A DNA stretch of 64,000 nt from Nitrosopumilus sp. (GCA_964225175.1 CAXQNK010000105.1:15120-79119), one strand, 5' to 3'. Counted from the first letter of the stretch, positions 10,064 to 19,474 are shown. Made by a program: numbers and translations. The notes: generated by a model from the letters alone, not told the origin.

Positions 10064-10855
10064 TCAGAGATACCAGCGGAGCTGCCAGTAGTTTGGAATT
10101 CTCTTAAGGGTGGTTTTATCTGTTTGTTTGCGGTCTTTGCGACCAAGGAAGTTGGAAATTGCCTCAGCGCTCAGTATAGACCCATCAATGGGAACAAATT
10201 GGCACAGCTGGCTTACCGCGGCGCGCTGCGCTTTAGGTGACCCATAAAGATCCTCGTAGTAGAGGGATAAATGAGGCTTGTGCTCCAGGTGAGCACGAAG
10301 CGTCTGATCGAGCTCCCGGATTTGATCACGCTCGCGAACAAATTCCTCGCGGTCGATTTTCTCAAACGTCGCTTTCCGCCAGCGCGCACGGTGTTCCATG
10401 CTTGCGCCCAGTTGAAAAATTTGGGCCTGCGCGGCAAGACGTCTTGAAATTACCGCGCGGGCAAGGTTGCGACGAGAAAGATAGATGAGTTTGACCTCGC
10501 GCTCCAGGCATTCATCGAGAATGTTGAGGTTGCCTTCAAGCGAAACAGTAGTCCAGACATGTTTAATGCCCGTGAAATGTGCCAGCATCTGGTCGAGGAA
10601 TAGCCTGCATTCCCGTTTGTCTTCAGCGACGCGGTTCAACGGGTTCCAGGCGAAATCAGACTCTTTTGTGGCGGTGTTTTCGAGCCCAAGATAGCCGCGT
10701 TCCTCAAGCATTAGGCGAAATCCCGGGTTTTCTTCGACGTCACCCGACTTGATGTTAAAAGGCTCCTGGACAAGCGGAATGGTAGAACCAAGCGCTGAGG
10801 AAAGGCTGGTGCTTCCCGAACGGGCTAACGCGAAAATGAGGAAACTTTGATTCAC
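10064..10855 (-). CDS. sulfotransferase family protein (Stf0-like, PAPS-dependent)
   Basis: 263 aa with no signal peptide. It has an N-terminal 5'-PSB loop (FLIFALARSGSTSL) and a second PAPS-binding region (YLSRRNLARAVISRRLA). Its start overlaps the upstream gene's stop by 4 nt. Confidence 0.7.
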   Translation of the reverse strand: MNQSFLIFALARSGSTSLSSALGSTIPLVQEPFNIKSGDVEENPGFRLMLEERGYLGLENTATKESDFAWNPLNRVAEDKRECRLFLDQMLAHFTGIKHVWTTVSLEGNLNILDECLEREVKLIYLSRRNLARAVISRRLAAQAQIFQLGASMEHRARWRKATFEKIDREEFVRERDQIRELDQTLRAHLEHKPHLSLYYEDLYGSPKAQRAAVSQLCQFVPIDGSILSAEAISNFLGRKDRKQTDKTTLKRIPNYWQLRWYL

Positions 10856-12885
10856 CGGTAGACCGACACATAGCCGTACATGTTGAAGCTTCTCTGGCGC
10901 GAATCGTGATATCGCTTCATGCGCTCAATGTCATAGGGGTTTTGCTTATAAGCCTGGCGTTGCTGTGGCGCAGTCACCTGCCCCGAAGCGCCATATGAAC
11001 TCGTGCCATATTGCCGTTCCAGCTCCGCCATGGTGCTCCAGCCATCGCCGGTATGCTGTGACCATTGCCCCTGTTCCTGTCGGTAGACATTCCCCTGATT
11101 GTCGGTGTAGTAGTCATCTCCCGCGTTGAGCGGCCGCCCGAACTCGGCGTTGCGGTGTTGTTGTATGGTGGAGTAATCATAGCCTCGCCGGGCGAGACGG
11201 GGGTCCTGAAAAGCCGGATCATAGGAGTTGCTGCCCATTCCCATGGGCTCGGATTCCAGGGTGATGCGCTGAGAACCCCAGTAGCCACCGTAGTGGTAGA
11301 AACGGTTATAGGGACCATAGCCGTAGCGTGGCCAACCATAAGTGTGTGGGTAACTCCAATAGACCGGCAGGCCCATGGGGTCATACCATACCCAGGGCGG
11401 ATAATACCAGCCCGTTCCCTGGACGACGGTCACCCCGGTGGAATATTCCCCTACGTAGCCCGCATTGTGTTCGAACCACATTTCAGAAGACTGTTCCGGT
11501 TGTACGGCAGCCGGCTTGACGAAGGTGACGAAGTAGGCCGGGTCAGTCGGCGGAATGGCATAAATGCCTTGGGGTATGGTGCGCGCTGCGGACCATGGTC
11601 CCGCAGGGTCGGATGAATGAAACCACGCGGCCTCGTAACACAGGTAATAGAAATTATTGTGCAGGAAAATGTAGTTCGGCGAATTCACGGCGCGGGATAC
11701 ATCCGTGCCCTCGATGAGTTCGAACTGAGGGGTGCCCACGTAACCGACCTGCAGACTGGCAGCCTCGGAATGAGTGACGCTTCTCCGGCGCGGCAGGCTG
11801 GCCTCCATCATTGAGGCCACTGCTTCCATGGTGCCGGGAACAGAGGCGCGTACGCCGGCCCTGGGGTGGTCGTGCGGAATGGTTTTGAACTCCGCGGGCA
11901 GCGCATTGACCGGCTGCCATGGTCCCTTCAGTGTGGCGGTTTCAAACCATCGCCCGGCAGTCAGGAAATACCACCGAGCATTCAGCTCGAACAGATTCCT
12001 GTTCGTATTGGCGACATGGCGTAGCCCCTCCTCCCCGACAGCCTCGAGTCGGGCCGGGCCGTCGATGGAGATCAGCTCGGTAGGCTCTAGGCTGATGACA
12101 AACGGGCTCGGTTCATGATCCGGGCGCTGGGCTGGCAGCGCGTCACGCACTGCCGGCCCCTCATCAGAGAGCGCCAGCTGTCGGAAATCTGGGGGTAACT
12201 CCGTCGTGGAGGTCCAGCCACCGGTTGCCAGCATGGAGTGTGTCTGCCAGGTGCCTTCATTGAGAACGTACCAACTGTTGCTGGGTACATGACGGAACAG
12301 CGACCAGTCCGTGTTGATGACCGACTCCAATTCGGTGCCTGTAATCTTCGTGGCAACCGGCACCCTGTCGATCAGCAGTAGCTGCGTATCCTGGGTTGTG
12401 ACGATGATCCTCGGTGGTGAGTTATTGAAATTGACCGGCGCAGGGCCCTGGGACGGTAATTTAAAATCTCCAGCGAGCGCGCTGAGCAATGTGTCGAGCA
12501 CGATGACCTGGTCGCGGTGCTGAACGGCCTGATGTGCTAGATCAATGGCTTCCCGGGGCGGATCAGCCTGGCTGAACCTGACGTCAAGCACTTGCTGGTC
12601 ACTCAGCGTCACCAGGCGCCGTGCTAAATCCACCTCCGTTTTAGCGCTGGCACGAACCGCGCCGACCCATTCCCGGGGAGACCCTGCCAGGATCACTTCG
12701 ACCGGGATCCATCCCTCCACCCGCGCAAATTGATCCCACTGATCGATCACAGGATGGTGCACCCGCAAAGCATTGTCCCCGATGTCGATGACACGGGGAT
12801 ATTCCAGCTCATGCGGCGCGGCGGCATATCCGGATTTGAGCACCGTGCTGGCGATCAGTATCAGCGAAGTCAAAATCATTTTCAT
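10852..12885 (-). CDS. secreted hypothetical protein with three internal repeats and a Tyr/Trp/Gly-rich tail
   Basis: 677 aa with a signal peptide (MKMILTSLILIASTVLKSGYAAAP). It has three units of about 48 aa (N..lF....WY.L..G.W.....GPW.....lP..F..IP), then YYPPWVWYDP...YGWPRYGYGPYNRFYHYGGYWG and an acidic Tyr-rich C-terminus. Confidence 0.75.
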   Translation of the reverse strand: MKMILTSLILIASTVLKSGYAAAPHELEYPRVIDIGDNALRVHHPVIDQWDQFARVEGWIPVEVILAGSPREWVGAVRASAKTEVDLARRLVTLSDQQVLDVRFSQADPPREAIDLAHQAVQHRDQVIVLDTLLSALAGDFKLPSQGPAPVNFNNSPPRIIVTTQDTQLLLIDRVPVATKITGTELESVINTDWSLFRHVPSNSWYVLNEGTWQTHSMLATGGWTSTTELPPDFRQLALSDEGPAVRDALPAQRPDHEPSPFVISLEPTELISIDGPARLEAVGEEGLRHVANTNRNLFELNARWYFLTAGRWFETATLKGPWQPVNALPAEFKTIPHDHPRAGVRASVPGTMEAVASMMEASLPRRRSVTHSEAASLQVGYVGTPQFELIEGTDVSRAVNSPNYIFLHNNFYYLCYEAAWFHSSDPAGPWSAARTIPQGIYAIPPTDPAYFVTFVKPAAVQPEQSSEMWFEHNAGYVGEYSTGVTVVQGTGWYYPPWVWYDPMGLPVYWSYPHTYGWPRYGYGPYNRFYHYGGYWGSQRITLESEPMGMGSNSYDPAFQDPRLARRGYDYSTIQQHRNAEFGRPLNAGDDYYTDNQGNVYRQEQGQWSQHTGDGWSTMAELERQYGTSSYGASGQVTAPQQRQAYKQNPYDIERMKRYHDSRQRSFNMYGYVSVYR

Positions 12886-12964
12886 GAGGTCAAGCGGTGT
12901 CCGTGAGAGAGGGCTGAATTATACGCCGGGGCCAGTCCGGGTGCTGCGTGACGACGGCTGGCGA

Positions 12965-14554
12965 CTAATGGCCCGGACCACGTGCGCTGTTGGCCCAGGG
13001 CGATTGTGATGTATAGCTCGCACCAGCCTCTCGCGACTTCATCTCTTCAGGCCATCGCCAGCGGTCACTGTGCATCAAATCAAGAATCTCCTGCCCGCCG
13101 AAAGCGTCCTCCGCGATTTGCTGGCAGCGGATGTTGATGGCACGCACCAGGGCGGTTTCGTCGCTCGAGGGGCGCCAACCCCCATAATTGCTCTTGATGC
13201 CCATGCCGATAAACATATGGTAGTAGCCATCAAGCCCGAAAATCGAAGTTTGAGGAAACTCGTCATCATTCTGGAACAGGCTGGATGGCCCGTTTGCCAC
13301 GAAGTAATCCTTGAGCCGTTCGACCCGTTCACATTTGAAATCATGCCGGGCAGCTTTCCAGAACTCCGTGTCCAGTAATCCGTTGTACATGTAATGCGCT
13401 GCCAGGAAATCGACCACTTGTTCCACGCCGCCCGTACAAATGCGGTTATACCGGCTGATGCTGGCCGCATCGGGTTCGCCGCTGGTCTCATTCCAGATCA
13501 GCGTCGCGCGTTCGAGGAAGGACAGGTGAACTCCGATCGCATTTGCTTCCAGCGGTTCCGCGAAGAATGCCGCATTGCCCACCGCGAGGACATTCTCGTT
13601 CCAGAACGCATCCCGGCGCCCTGACATGAATGGCACCACCCGCGTGTCCGTCACCTTCGGGTTGACCTCGCGGAAGATCCGTTCTGCTTCATCATCGGAT
13701 GTGAACGAGGACCCATAGACATAACCCCGATTGATCAATTTTTCATGATCAATGCGCCACGACCAGCCCTCAGGCATGGTCTGGACGGTCGTATAGGTGT
13801 TGAAGTGATCGTCCGTGCTCCGCTCCCAGCCACCAACAACAGCACGATCACAAGGGATGCGGTCAAGGAAAGTCCGCCAATTCACGCCCAGAGCCGAGGT
13901 GAGCATCGCACGAAACCCGGAGGCGTCGATGAACAGGTCGGCGTTGATGTTTTGGCCATCTTCCAGTTCGACCGCGAGAACCTTGCCCGATTCTTCACGC
14001 TTGATACCCACCACGTCACCAGTTACAAATTCGATGTTCCGCTCCGCGCATACCCGCCGGAAACAATGCACGAGCGCCCTGTTCTCAAGGTGGTAGGAGT
14101 AGTGCGTGCTTTCCTTTGGAACCCCCTGTGGTGACCGTTCGAACGCAGTACGTTGGTCCATCATGGCGTGAAAAACGGTCAGGTCCTTCAGGGCGTTGTC
14201 CATGTAATAGCCCAGTGGCCTGGACAAGCCGTCTATCCTGTTGGCGGTAAGAAATCCGAACGGATAGTTGAAACCTTGCGGGGTGCCCCATTCGAAGCGC
14301 GCTCCGAGTTTCCAGGTGGGACGTACCTCGTCAAAAAACTGTTTACGGTCAATGCCAAGCTTTTCATGAATGAAGGGGACAACGCCCGGCGTGGTTCCCT
14401 CGCCGACGTTGATGGTGGGGGTTTTTTCCGAGTACAGGATTCTGACACGGGACGCCGGAAACCTGCGTTGGAATAACAAGGCTGAAGTCAGCCCTGCCAT
14501 GCCAGCGCCAACGACCAAGATCTCTTTGTTGATGTAGGGATTGACCGGGTACAT
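12965..14554 (-). CDS. flavin-dependent (tryptophan) halogenase family protein
   Basis: 529 aa with the FAD fold ILVVGAGMAGLTSAL, a GEGTTPG motif and a variant of the WxWxIP motif (GWSWRID). Confidence 0.8.
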   Translation of the reverse strand: MYPVNPYINKEILVVGAGMAGLTSALLFQRRFPASRVRILYSEKTPTINVGEGTTPGVVPFIHEKLGIDRKQFFDEVRPTWKLGARFEWGTPQGFNYPFGFLTANRIDGLSRPLGYYMDNALKDLTVFHAMMDQRTAFERSPQGVPKESTHYSYHLENRALVHCFRRVCAERNIEFVTGDVVGIKREESGKVLAVELEDGQNINADLFIDASGFRAMLTSALGVNWRTFLDRIPCDRAVVGGWERSTDDHFNTYTTVQTMPEGWSWRIDHEKLINRGYVYGSSFTSDDEAERIFREVNPKVTDTRVVPFMSGRRDAFWNENVLAVGNAAFFAEPLEANAIGVHLSFLERATLIWNETSGEPDAASISRYNRICTGGVEQVVDFLAAHYMYNGLLDTEFWKAARHDFKCERVERLKDYFVANGPSSLFQNDDEFPQTSIFGLDGYYHMFIGMGIKSNYGGWRPSSDETALVRAINIRCQQIAEDAFGGQEILDLMHSDRWRWPEEMKSREAGASYTSQSPWANSARGPGH

Positions 14555-14653
14555 GTCTCTGGGTGCTGGAAAGCTGCTTGCTGGGGTCCCGATTATAAAT
14601 CAATTTCGATGGTGGGCCCCTGAAATACGGCTTCCAGCGTTCGAATCCGGCGG

Positions 14654-15052
14654 ATGTCCAGACGGGCCGAAGGGAGTGGCCAGGCGATGGCTGGAGACCC
14701 AACATTTGGTAAGATTCTCGATCGAAAAACAGATGGCATTTGGGAGGCGTCGCCCGTGGGTGAGCATGGATATCAAAAAGACCTTGCGGACAAGGCCGTG
14801 GAGTTTGCCAATTCATTGGCACGGGAGAATCCTGACATGGACACATGGCAGATCGCCGACGCTTTGTTGTCCGGTATCGTGCATTGGTGGTTGTATGCCA
14901 ATAGCCCCTGTAGTGATCTGACCTGCGTGGATTGTGAGAACATCCGCACGGCAGAACTCCGCATGGCGGAGCTGCATCAACTGGTGAATGACATGGCCGA
15001 GACGAGTGACTACTACCACTCGCCCAACGATACCGATGTGGCACATGCCTGA
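14654..15052 (+). CDS. hypothetical protein
   Basis: 132-aa ORF with protein-like acidic composition. The start may be Met at 14687. The 252-aa ORF on the opposite strand is R/P/H-rich and looks like a shadow. No family recognised. Confidence 0.4.
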   Translation: MSRRAEGSGQAMAGDPTFGKILDRKTDGIWEASPVGEHGYQKDLADKAVEFANSLARENPDMDTWQIADALLSGIVHWWLYANSPCSDLTCVDCENIRTAELRMAELHQLVNDMAETSDYYHSPNDTDVAHA

Positions 15053-15198
15053 GCGCGCAGATCGCGCAGGTTTGGCCATGTGTACAGATATCACGATGGG
15101 GCGGTCTGCCCCTGAATACCATGCTTTACCCTCTGATTGTCACTTTTCCGATCAAAACCACGGATAGAATCGACACCTCGATATGCAAGGGAAACGCA

Positions 15199-15840
15199 AT
15201 GAAAAAACATGTCCTGACATGGCTGCTTATCAATGTTCTGTATGTGCTTCCGGCATCTGCCGACTCGGTGGAAGCTCGCTGCGATATTTATCCCAAGGGT
15301 GAAGACCATGCCAGCGATGTTCTGCCTTGTACCTTCGGCATGCGTCAGGGGTATGTCACCATTACTCGGGCCGATGGGGTCAAGTATGCGTTCAGGCCGC
15401 TAGGTGACACTCCGGGCAACTTCATCGATCAAAATGATTTTGCAGTTTACCGACAAAGCGGGTTAGGTATGGATGGCGTCATTTTCAGAACGCGAGATGA
15501 AAGCATCTTTGTTTACTGGCATGAAAGTTCCCTGTCGTCGCTGGAGAACGAGGGCCCTTTCCATTCTGGGGACCATGATGCGGTCACGCGCTTACGTTGC
15601 GGGATTCGCGGACGGGTAGAAACCTGGTGCGCTGCCGGCATTTCCCGTTCCGGGCCTTCAAATGCGAGGATCGAGATCGATGGGCTGAGGGGCGAAAGGC
15701 TGGTTCTCTATTTCGAGGGTGAAGCCGTACAAGCTGATGACCGGGGTGTGGTCGCAGAGCTGAACGGCGATATCTGGCAACTGGTCGTTGAAAAGGGAAA
15801 TGTCTTCGAGGTGCCGCTGGCCGCAATCGACGGGGGCTAA
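15199..15840 (+). CDS. secreted hypothetical protein
   Basis: ORF 15121..15840, trimmed to MKKHVLTWLLINVLYVLPASADS (signal peptide). No family recognised. Confidence 0.5.
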   Translation: MKKHVLTWLLINVLYVLPASADSVEARCDIYPKGEDHASDVLPCTFGMRQGYVTITRADGVKYAFRPLGDTPGNFIDQNDFAVYRQSGLGMDGVIFRTRDESIFVYWHESSLSSLENEGPFHSGDHDAVTRLRCGIRGRVETWCAAGISRSGPSNARIEIDGLRGERLVLYFEGEAVQADDRGVVAELNGDIWQLVVEKGNVFEVPLAAIDGG

Positions 15841-17159
15841 TGCGCGATTGAACCGGTGTCCGGAAACCCGTGATTCTCGAAAATGCGAGCAACATCACCT
15901 GATTCAATCGCACCCTGCAGCCATTGATCCACCCGGGCTTTCCACGGCGCCTGATCCGGTGGCAGCAAGAAGGCTTTTTCGTGCCGGGTCAGCGTGTTTT
16001 CCATCGTCGCGCACAATTGCGGGTGAATATGAGTCTGTAGCCGAACCTCTATGCGGTCGGTGATCATGACATCTGCCCGGCCTTCAGCCAATTCTTCGAA
16101 GATTTTTCGGTTGTCCGGGTAAACCAGGATCTGAGCCTTGTGAATATGACCACGAACGAAAGCCTCGTTCGTGCCCCCGGGATTCACGATCACCCGGTTG
16201 CCCGGAAGATCAATCTGCTCGAGACGTGCAAAGTTTTTCGCTTCCGAGCATCGGGCAATGGCCGTTTTGCCGCCGCTCAACACGGGCATGGTGAACGCCG
16301 CGAGCGCAGTGCGCTCAGGGGTGACGGTGATACCACCCATGGCGATATCGAAATGGGCCGCTTTTAAATCCGCCATCAACCTCGGCCAGGTGGTTTGAAC
16401 GATTTCGAGATCGGCACCCAGGAATTGTGCGAGATCCTGCGCCAGGTCAACGTCAATGCCCTGCCAGTGATCCCTGTCATCCTTGAGCGTGAAAGGCGCG
16501 TAATCACCCGTCATGCCGACGCGCAGCCGGCCTGAATCGATCACCTGCTCCAGACGCTCTGAATATCGGCGCATATTGCCTAACGCGGACATGAGCTCAC
16601 TCTGGATATCAACCGGGAGCCCCTCGACATCGAAGGGAGCCGTGAGCTCTTCGCCGACAGTTACCCTTGGTCTGTGCGCCAGAGAAGAAATAATGTCCGA
16701 GCCCAGCGCGAGCAGGCGGGGTCTCAGTACGGTATTCAGGTCTACGGGGTCCGGCGCTTTCTGCCCCTCGCGCCAACGTGAAAACCAATGGTGCTGGATG
16801 GCTTTGGCCGCGCGGATCTGTGCAGCGAACAGCTGTTCGGTTGCCTCCACCCTGAAACCGTAGCGCAAGCCTTCATCCACTGCTGAGCTGATGACGGTTT
16901 TTTCCCTCTGCAGGTCGTCGATGGGGCGGTCATGTGCCCACTTCCAGGCCGCAACGTCCTTCATGAGGGCGAGCCTCTGGGCGAGAAAGTGCTCTGTGAA
17001 CGTGGGCGGAGGTGATGCACCGCTGATTCGGGATGCGGACAGCAAAACCATCCCCAAGAGACAGAGCAGAAGAACGTGATGTCCTGACGATTGCGCGGCA
17101 CAACGGCGAGAGGCGTGCGAGCGACCTTTGTCTTCAAACAGGCTGCGACTGCTGGACAT
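15837..17159 (-). CDS. exported bifunctional chorismate mutase (AroQ-gamma type) / cyclohexadienyl dehydratase (PheC, SBP_bac_3 fold) fusion
   Basis: Trimmed to MSSSRS...HHVLLLCLLGMVLLSASRISGA (signal). The N-terminal domain reads FLAQRLALMKDVAAWKWAHDRPIDDLQREKTV...AQIRAAKAIQ (chorismate mutase type II). The C-terminal domain reads LRVGMTGDYAPFTLKD...WQGIDVDLAQDLA...IVNPGGTNE (PheC / periplasmic-binding fold). Confidence 0.8.
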   Translation of the reverse strand: MSSSRSLFEDKGRSHASRRCAAQSSGHHVLLLCLLGMVLLSASRISGASPPPTFTEHFLAQRLALMKDVAAWKWAHDRPIDDLQREKTVISSAVDEGLRYGFRVEATEQLFAAQIRAAKAIQHHWFSRWREGQKAPDPVDLNTVLRPRLLALGSDIISSLAHRPRVTVGEELTAPFDVEGLPVDIQSELMSALGNMRRYSERLEQVIDSGRLRVGMTGDYAPFTLKDDRDHWQGIDVDLAQDLAQFLGADLEIVQTTWPRLMADLKAAHFDIAMGGITVTPERTALAAFTMPVLSGGKTAIARCSEAKNFARLEQIDLPGNRVIVNPGGTNEAFVRGHIHKAQILVYPDNRKIFEELAEGRADVMITDRIEVRLQTHIHPQLCATMENTLTRHEKAFLLPPDQAPWKARVDQWLQGAIESGDVARIFENHGFPDTGSIAH

Positions 17160-17289
17160 AGTGGTGATTTTACACACTCGCATCGCTCCGGGGCCATGTG
17201 CGCGCTGTCCGCCGGAAGCCGAAAATATCGGTAAAGCGCCCGGGCAATCCAGCTTGAAAATAGTTGAATATCCTCTCATGCTGGGTTGT

Positions 17290-17715
17290 ATGAAACGCAT
17301 CAGTGGAATCAATGCGGTGCTGGTGGCCATCGTGCTCTCATTAGTGGTTATGACGTGGCGATCTCTGCAGCCACCGCGCAGTGATGACGACCCCAAAAAG
17401 CGAGAGCAGACCGAGAAAACAGCGGACGGTTCGCCTTACATTGATACGCAGAGCACTGCGAAGACAAATCCTCGGCCTGAGAAGCGATCGCCGGGCGGTA
17501 GAAGCCTTTCCAACAGGTTCAGTCCATCGCCGGAAAGTGGACCATCTCGGAACAGCGATGCGGCTCGCAGCAGTGGGCTCCTTTTTGACCGGCCAATCTC
17601 GGAGAACGGGACGGCTCGAATTCCCATCCCAGGCGATGGTGCCGAAGCCAATGGGGATTCCGAGCGATTGGTCGAGGAATTTCGCACGGCACGCTCGCGA
17701 TTGCGCTCAGGCTGA
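17290..17715 (+). CDS. hypothetical membrane-anchored low-complexity protein
   Basis: ORF 17128..17715, trimmed to MKRISGINAVLVAIVLSLVVMTW (one TM). The remainder is P/S/R/E-rich. Weak evidence. Confidence 0.3.
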   Translation: MKRISGINAVLVAIVLSLVVMTWRSLQPPRSDDDPKKREQTEKTADGSPYIDTQSTAKTNPRPEKRSPGGRSLSNRFSPSPESGPSRNSDAARSSGLLFDRPISENGTARIPIPGDGAEANGDSERLVEEFRTARSRLRSG

Positions 17716-17726
17716 GCCGCATTGGA

Positions 17727-19292
17727 TCATCCGTGTTCACCGCCGGATAAGAGTGACTCCCGAAGCTTGAACTTCAGCACCTTCCCCGTGGCGTTACGGG
17801 GCAATTCATCCCTGATGATGAGCCGCTGCGGGTGCTTGAAGGTGGCGAGGTGTTGCGCACAGTGCTTCTGCAGGGTTGCAAGCTCCAGTGTCTCACCCGG
17901 GCCAAGCACCACAACGGCGTAGCCCGTTTCCCCCCACACGGGGTCGGGCAGGCCGACGACCGCAACTTCGCTGATTTCCGCAAGTTGATGCAGAACGCTT
18001 TCCACTTCCGCGGGGTAGACATTTTCCCCGCCAGAAATGTACATATCCTTGATGCGATCCTCGATGTAAATATAGCCCTGTGCATCCATACGACCGATAT
18101 CACCTGAGCGCAGCCAGCCATCTACAAAGGCCTCCTGGTTGGCTTCTGGCCGTTGCCAATAGCCCGGAGAGACATTGGCTCCGCGCATCCAGACCTCGCC
18201 CTGTTCTCCCGGCTCCGCAGGTTCCTCCGGGGATTTCATGATCTTGATATCGGTCAGCAGGGTGGCCTTGCCGGCGGAGCCGATTTTCTCTGGGATGTCC
18301 TCTTTCATCAGGCTGCAGCCCAATCCGCAGACCTCCGTCATGCCGTAGACTTCCACGATTGAGATGCCCCGCTCATACCATGTCAGCAGCAGTGGCTCCG
18401 GCATGGGTTCGGCGCCGCCCGCTGCAATGATGATGCGGGAGAAATCAGCATCCGCAGACTGCGGATGCTGGGCGATTGCGTTGTAAATGGCAGGGACACC
18501 CAGAAAATGGGTAACGCCAAGGTCGGCATCCGAGAGGGTTTTCAGCATCGTGCCGGGATCAAATACCCGCTCTATGACTGCTGTCGCACCGAAAAATATG
18601 GCAGGTAGCGAGAAGCCCATCAGGGCGCCGATGTGAAACAGCGGCATGACCGCGTAGCTGACCATGTTTCGATCGAGTTGAAGATTTATCGCCTCGTTGA
18701 TGACGGCCGCAAGGACATTCCCGTGGGTCAGGATGACGCCTTTTGGCGACCCGGTGGTGCCGGAGGAATACATCAGCATGGCTTGGTCGTCTGGCAAACG
18801 CGTTGCTTCGACAACCACCGGGTCACTCTGGTCTATCAGTTGTTCCAGATCGCTCGGGCCGCCAAGCCCATCGGTGCCAATCCACCGGGTCTCGGGCAGG
18901 TCTGCACTCAAAGCGCTCACCAGCTCAGAAAACGCCGAATCAGCGATCATGAGACTGGGTTGCGCATCCGCGAGAATGAATCCCAACTCTTCTGCAGTTA
19001 AGCGAAAATTAAGGGCCAGGTGGACAGCACCAATGCGCCAGCTCGCAAAAATGATATCCAGAACATCGCTGCTGTTCAGGCCGATCAGGCCGATCCGGTC
19101 TCCGGGCCGGACACCCAGCTTGAGTAGGGCACCGGCAACACGGCCGACCCGGTCGTCCATCCTGGCATAGGTGTGCCGTCGCCCGCTGGCGAGGTCGATC
19201 GTGGCGATTTTTTCCGGATGCGTTCGGGCGTGGTGCGCGACCCAGTCAGTGATAAATTGTTCCATGTTCCGGCTCTTGATGGCTAAGCTCAT
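17727..19292 (-). CDS. AMP-dependent acyl-CoA synthetase/ligase (FadD-like)
   Basis: 521 aa with the AMP-binding motif MLMYSSGTTGSPKGV, plus GDIGRMDAQGYIYIEDRIKD and a C-terminal ...NATGKVLKFKLRE. The start could be Met at 19265. Confidence 0.9.
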   Translation of the reverse strand: MSLAIKSRNMEQFITDWVAHHARTHPEKIATIDLASGRRHTYARMDDRVGRVAGALLKLGVRPGDRIGLIGLNSSDVLDIIFASWRIGAVHLALNFRLTAEELGFILADAQPSLMIADSAFSELVSALSADLPETRWIGTDGLGGPSDLEQLIDQSDPVVVEATRLPDDQAMLMYSSGTTGSPKGVILTHGNVLAAVINEAINLQLDRNMVSYAVMPLFHIGALMGFSLPAIFFGATAVIERVFDPGTMLKTLSDADLGVTHFLGVPAIYNAIAQHPQSADADFSRIIIAAGGAEPMPEPLLLTWYERGISIVEVYGMTEVCGLGCSLMKEDIPEKIGSAGKATLLTDIKIMKSPEEPAEPGEQGEVWMRGANVSPGYWQRPEANQEAFVDGWLRSGDIGRMDAQGYIYIEDRIKDMYISGGENVYPAEVESVLHQLAEISEVAVVGLPDPVWGETGYAVVVLGPGETLELATLQKHCAQHLATFKHPQRLIIRDELPRNATGKVLKFKLRESLLSGGEHG

Positions 19293-19401
19293 TGAAAACC
19301 CTAGCCAAGCTAAAGGCCTTACTCAAGGGGAAGGGATCGTTTTTTGGGATTTTCCCGCCCTGGCGTCGGTCGGTCCGGGGGCCAGCGGATCGCGAGCAAA
19401 T

Positions 19402-19423
19402 AAGCGCCCTTCGGGTGCTTTTT
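19402..19423 (-). terminator. GC hairpin with flanking A/T runs downstream of the 92-aa ORF
   Basis: AAGCGCCC-ttcg-GGTGCTT followed by TTTT on the plus strand, and preceded by an A-rich run. It could act in either direction. Confidence 0.4.
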
Positions 19424-19474
19424 GATGCTTCGGTTTGAATCGCTCGATTTTACTCGTAGCCAACCCAATTGGGG

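Noticed and set aside
12905-12935. GGGCTGAATT plus CCGGGGCC, upstream of the 677-aa gene, resemble parts of the 24.8-28.6 kb repeat
   Set aside because: Only about 10 + 8 nt match. They are in the opposite order and orientation, and the 22-nt AGGTGGTTTATACTTCCTATCC block is missing. This is most likely chance.
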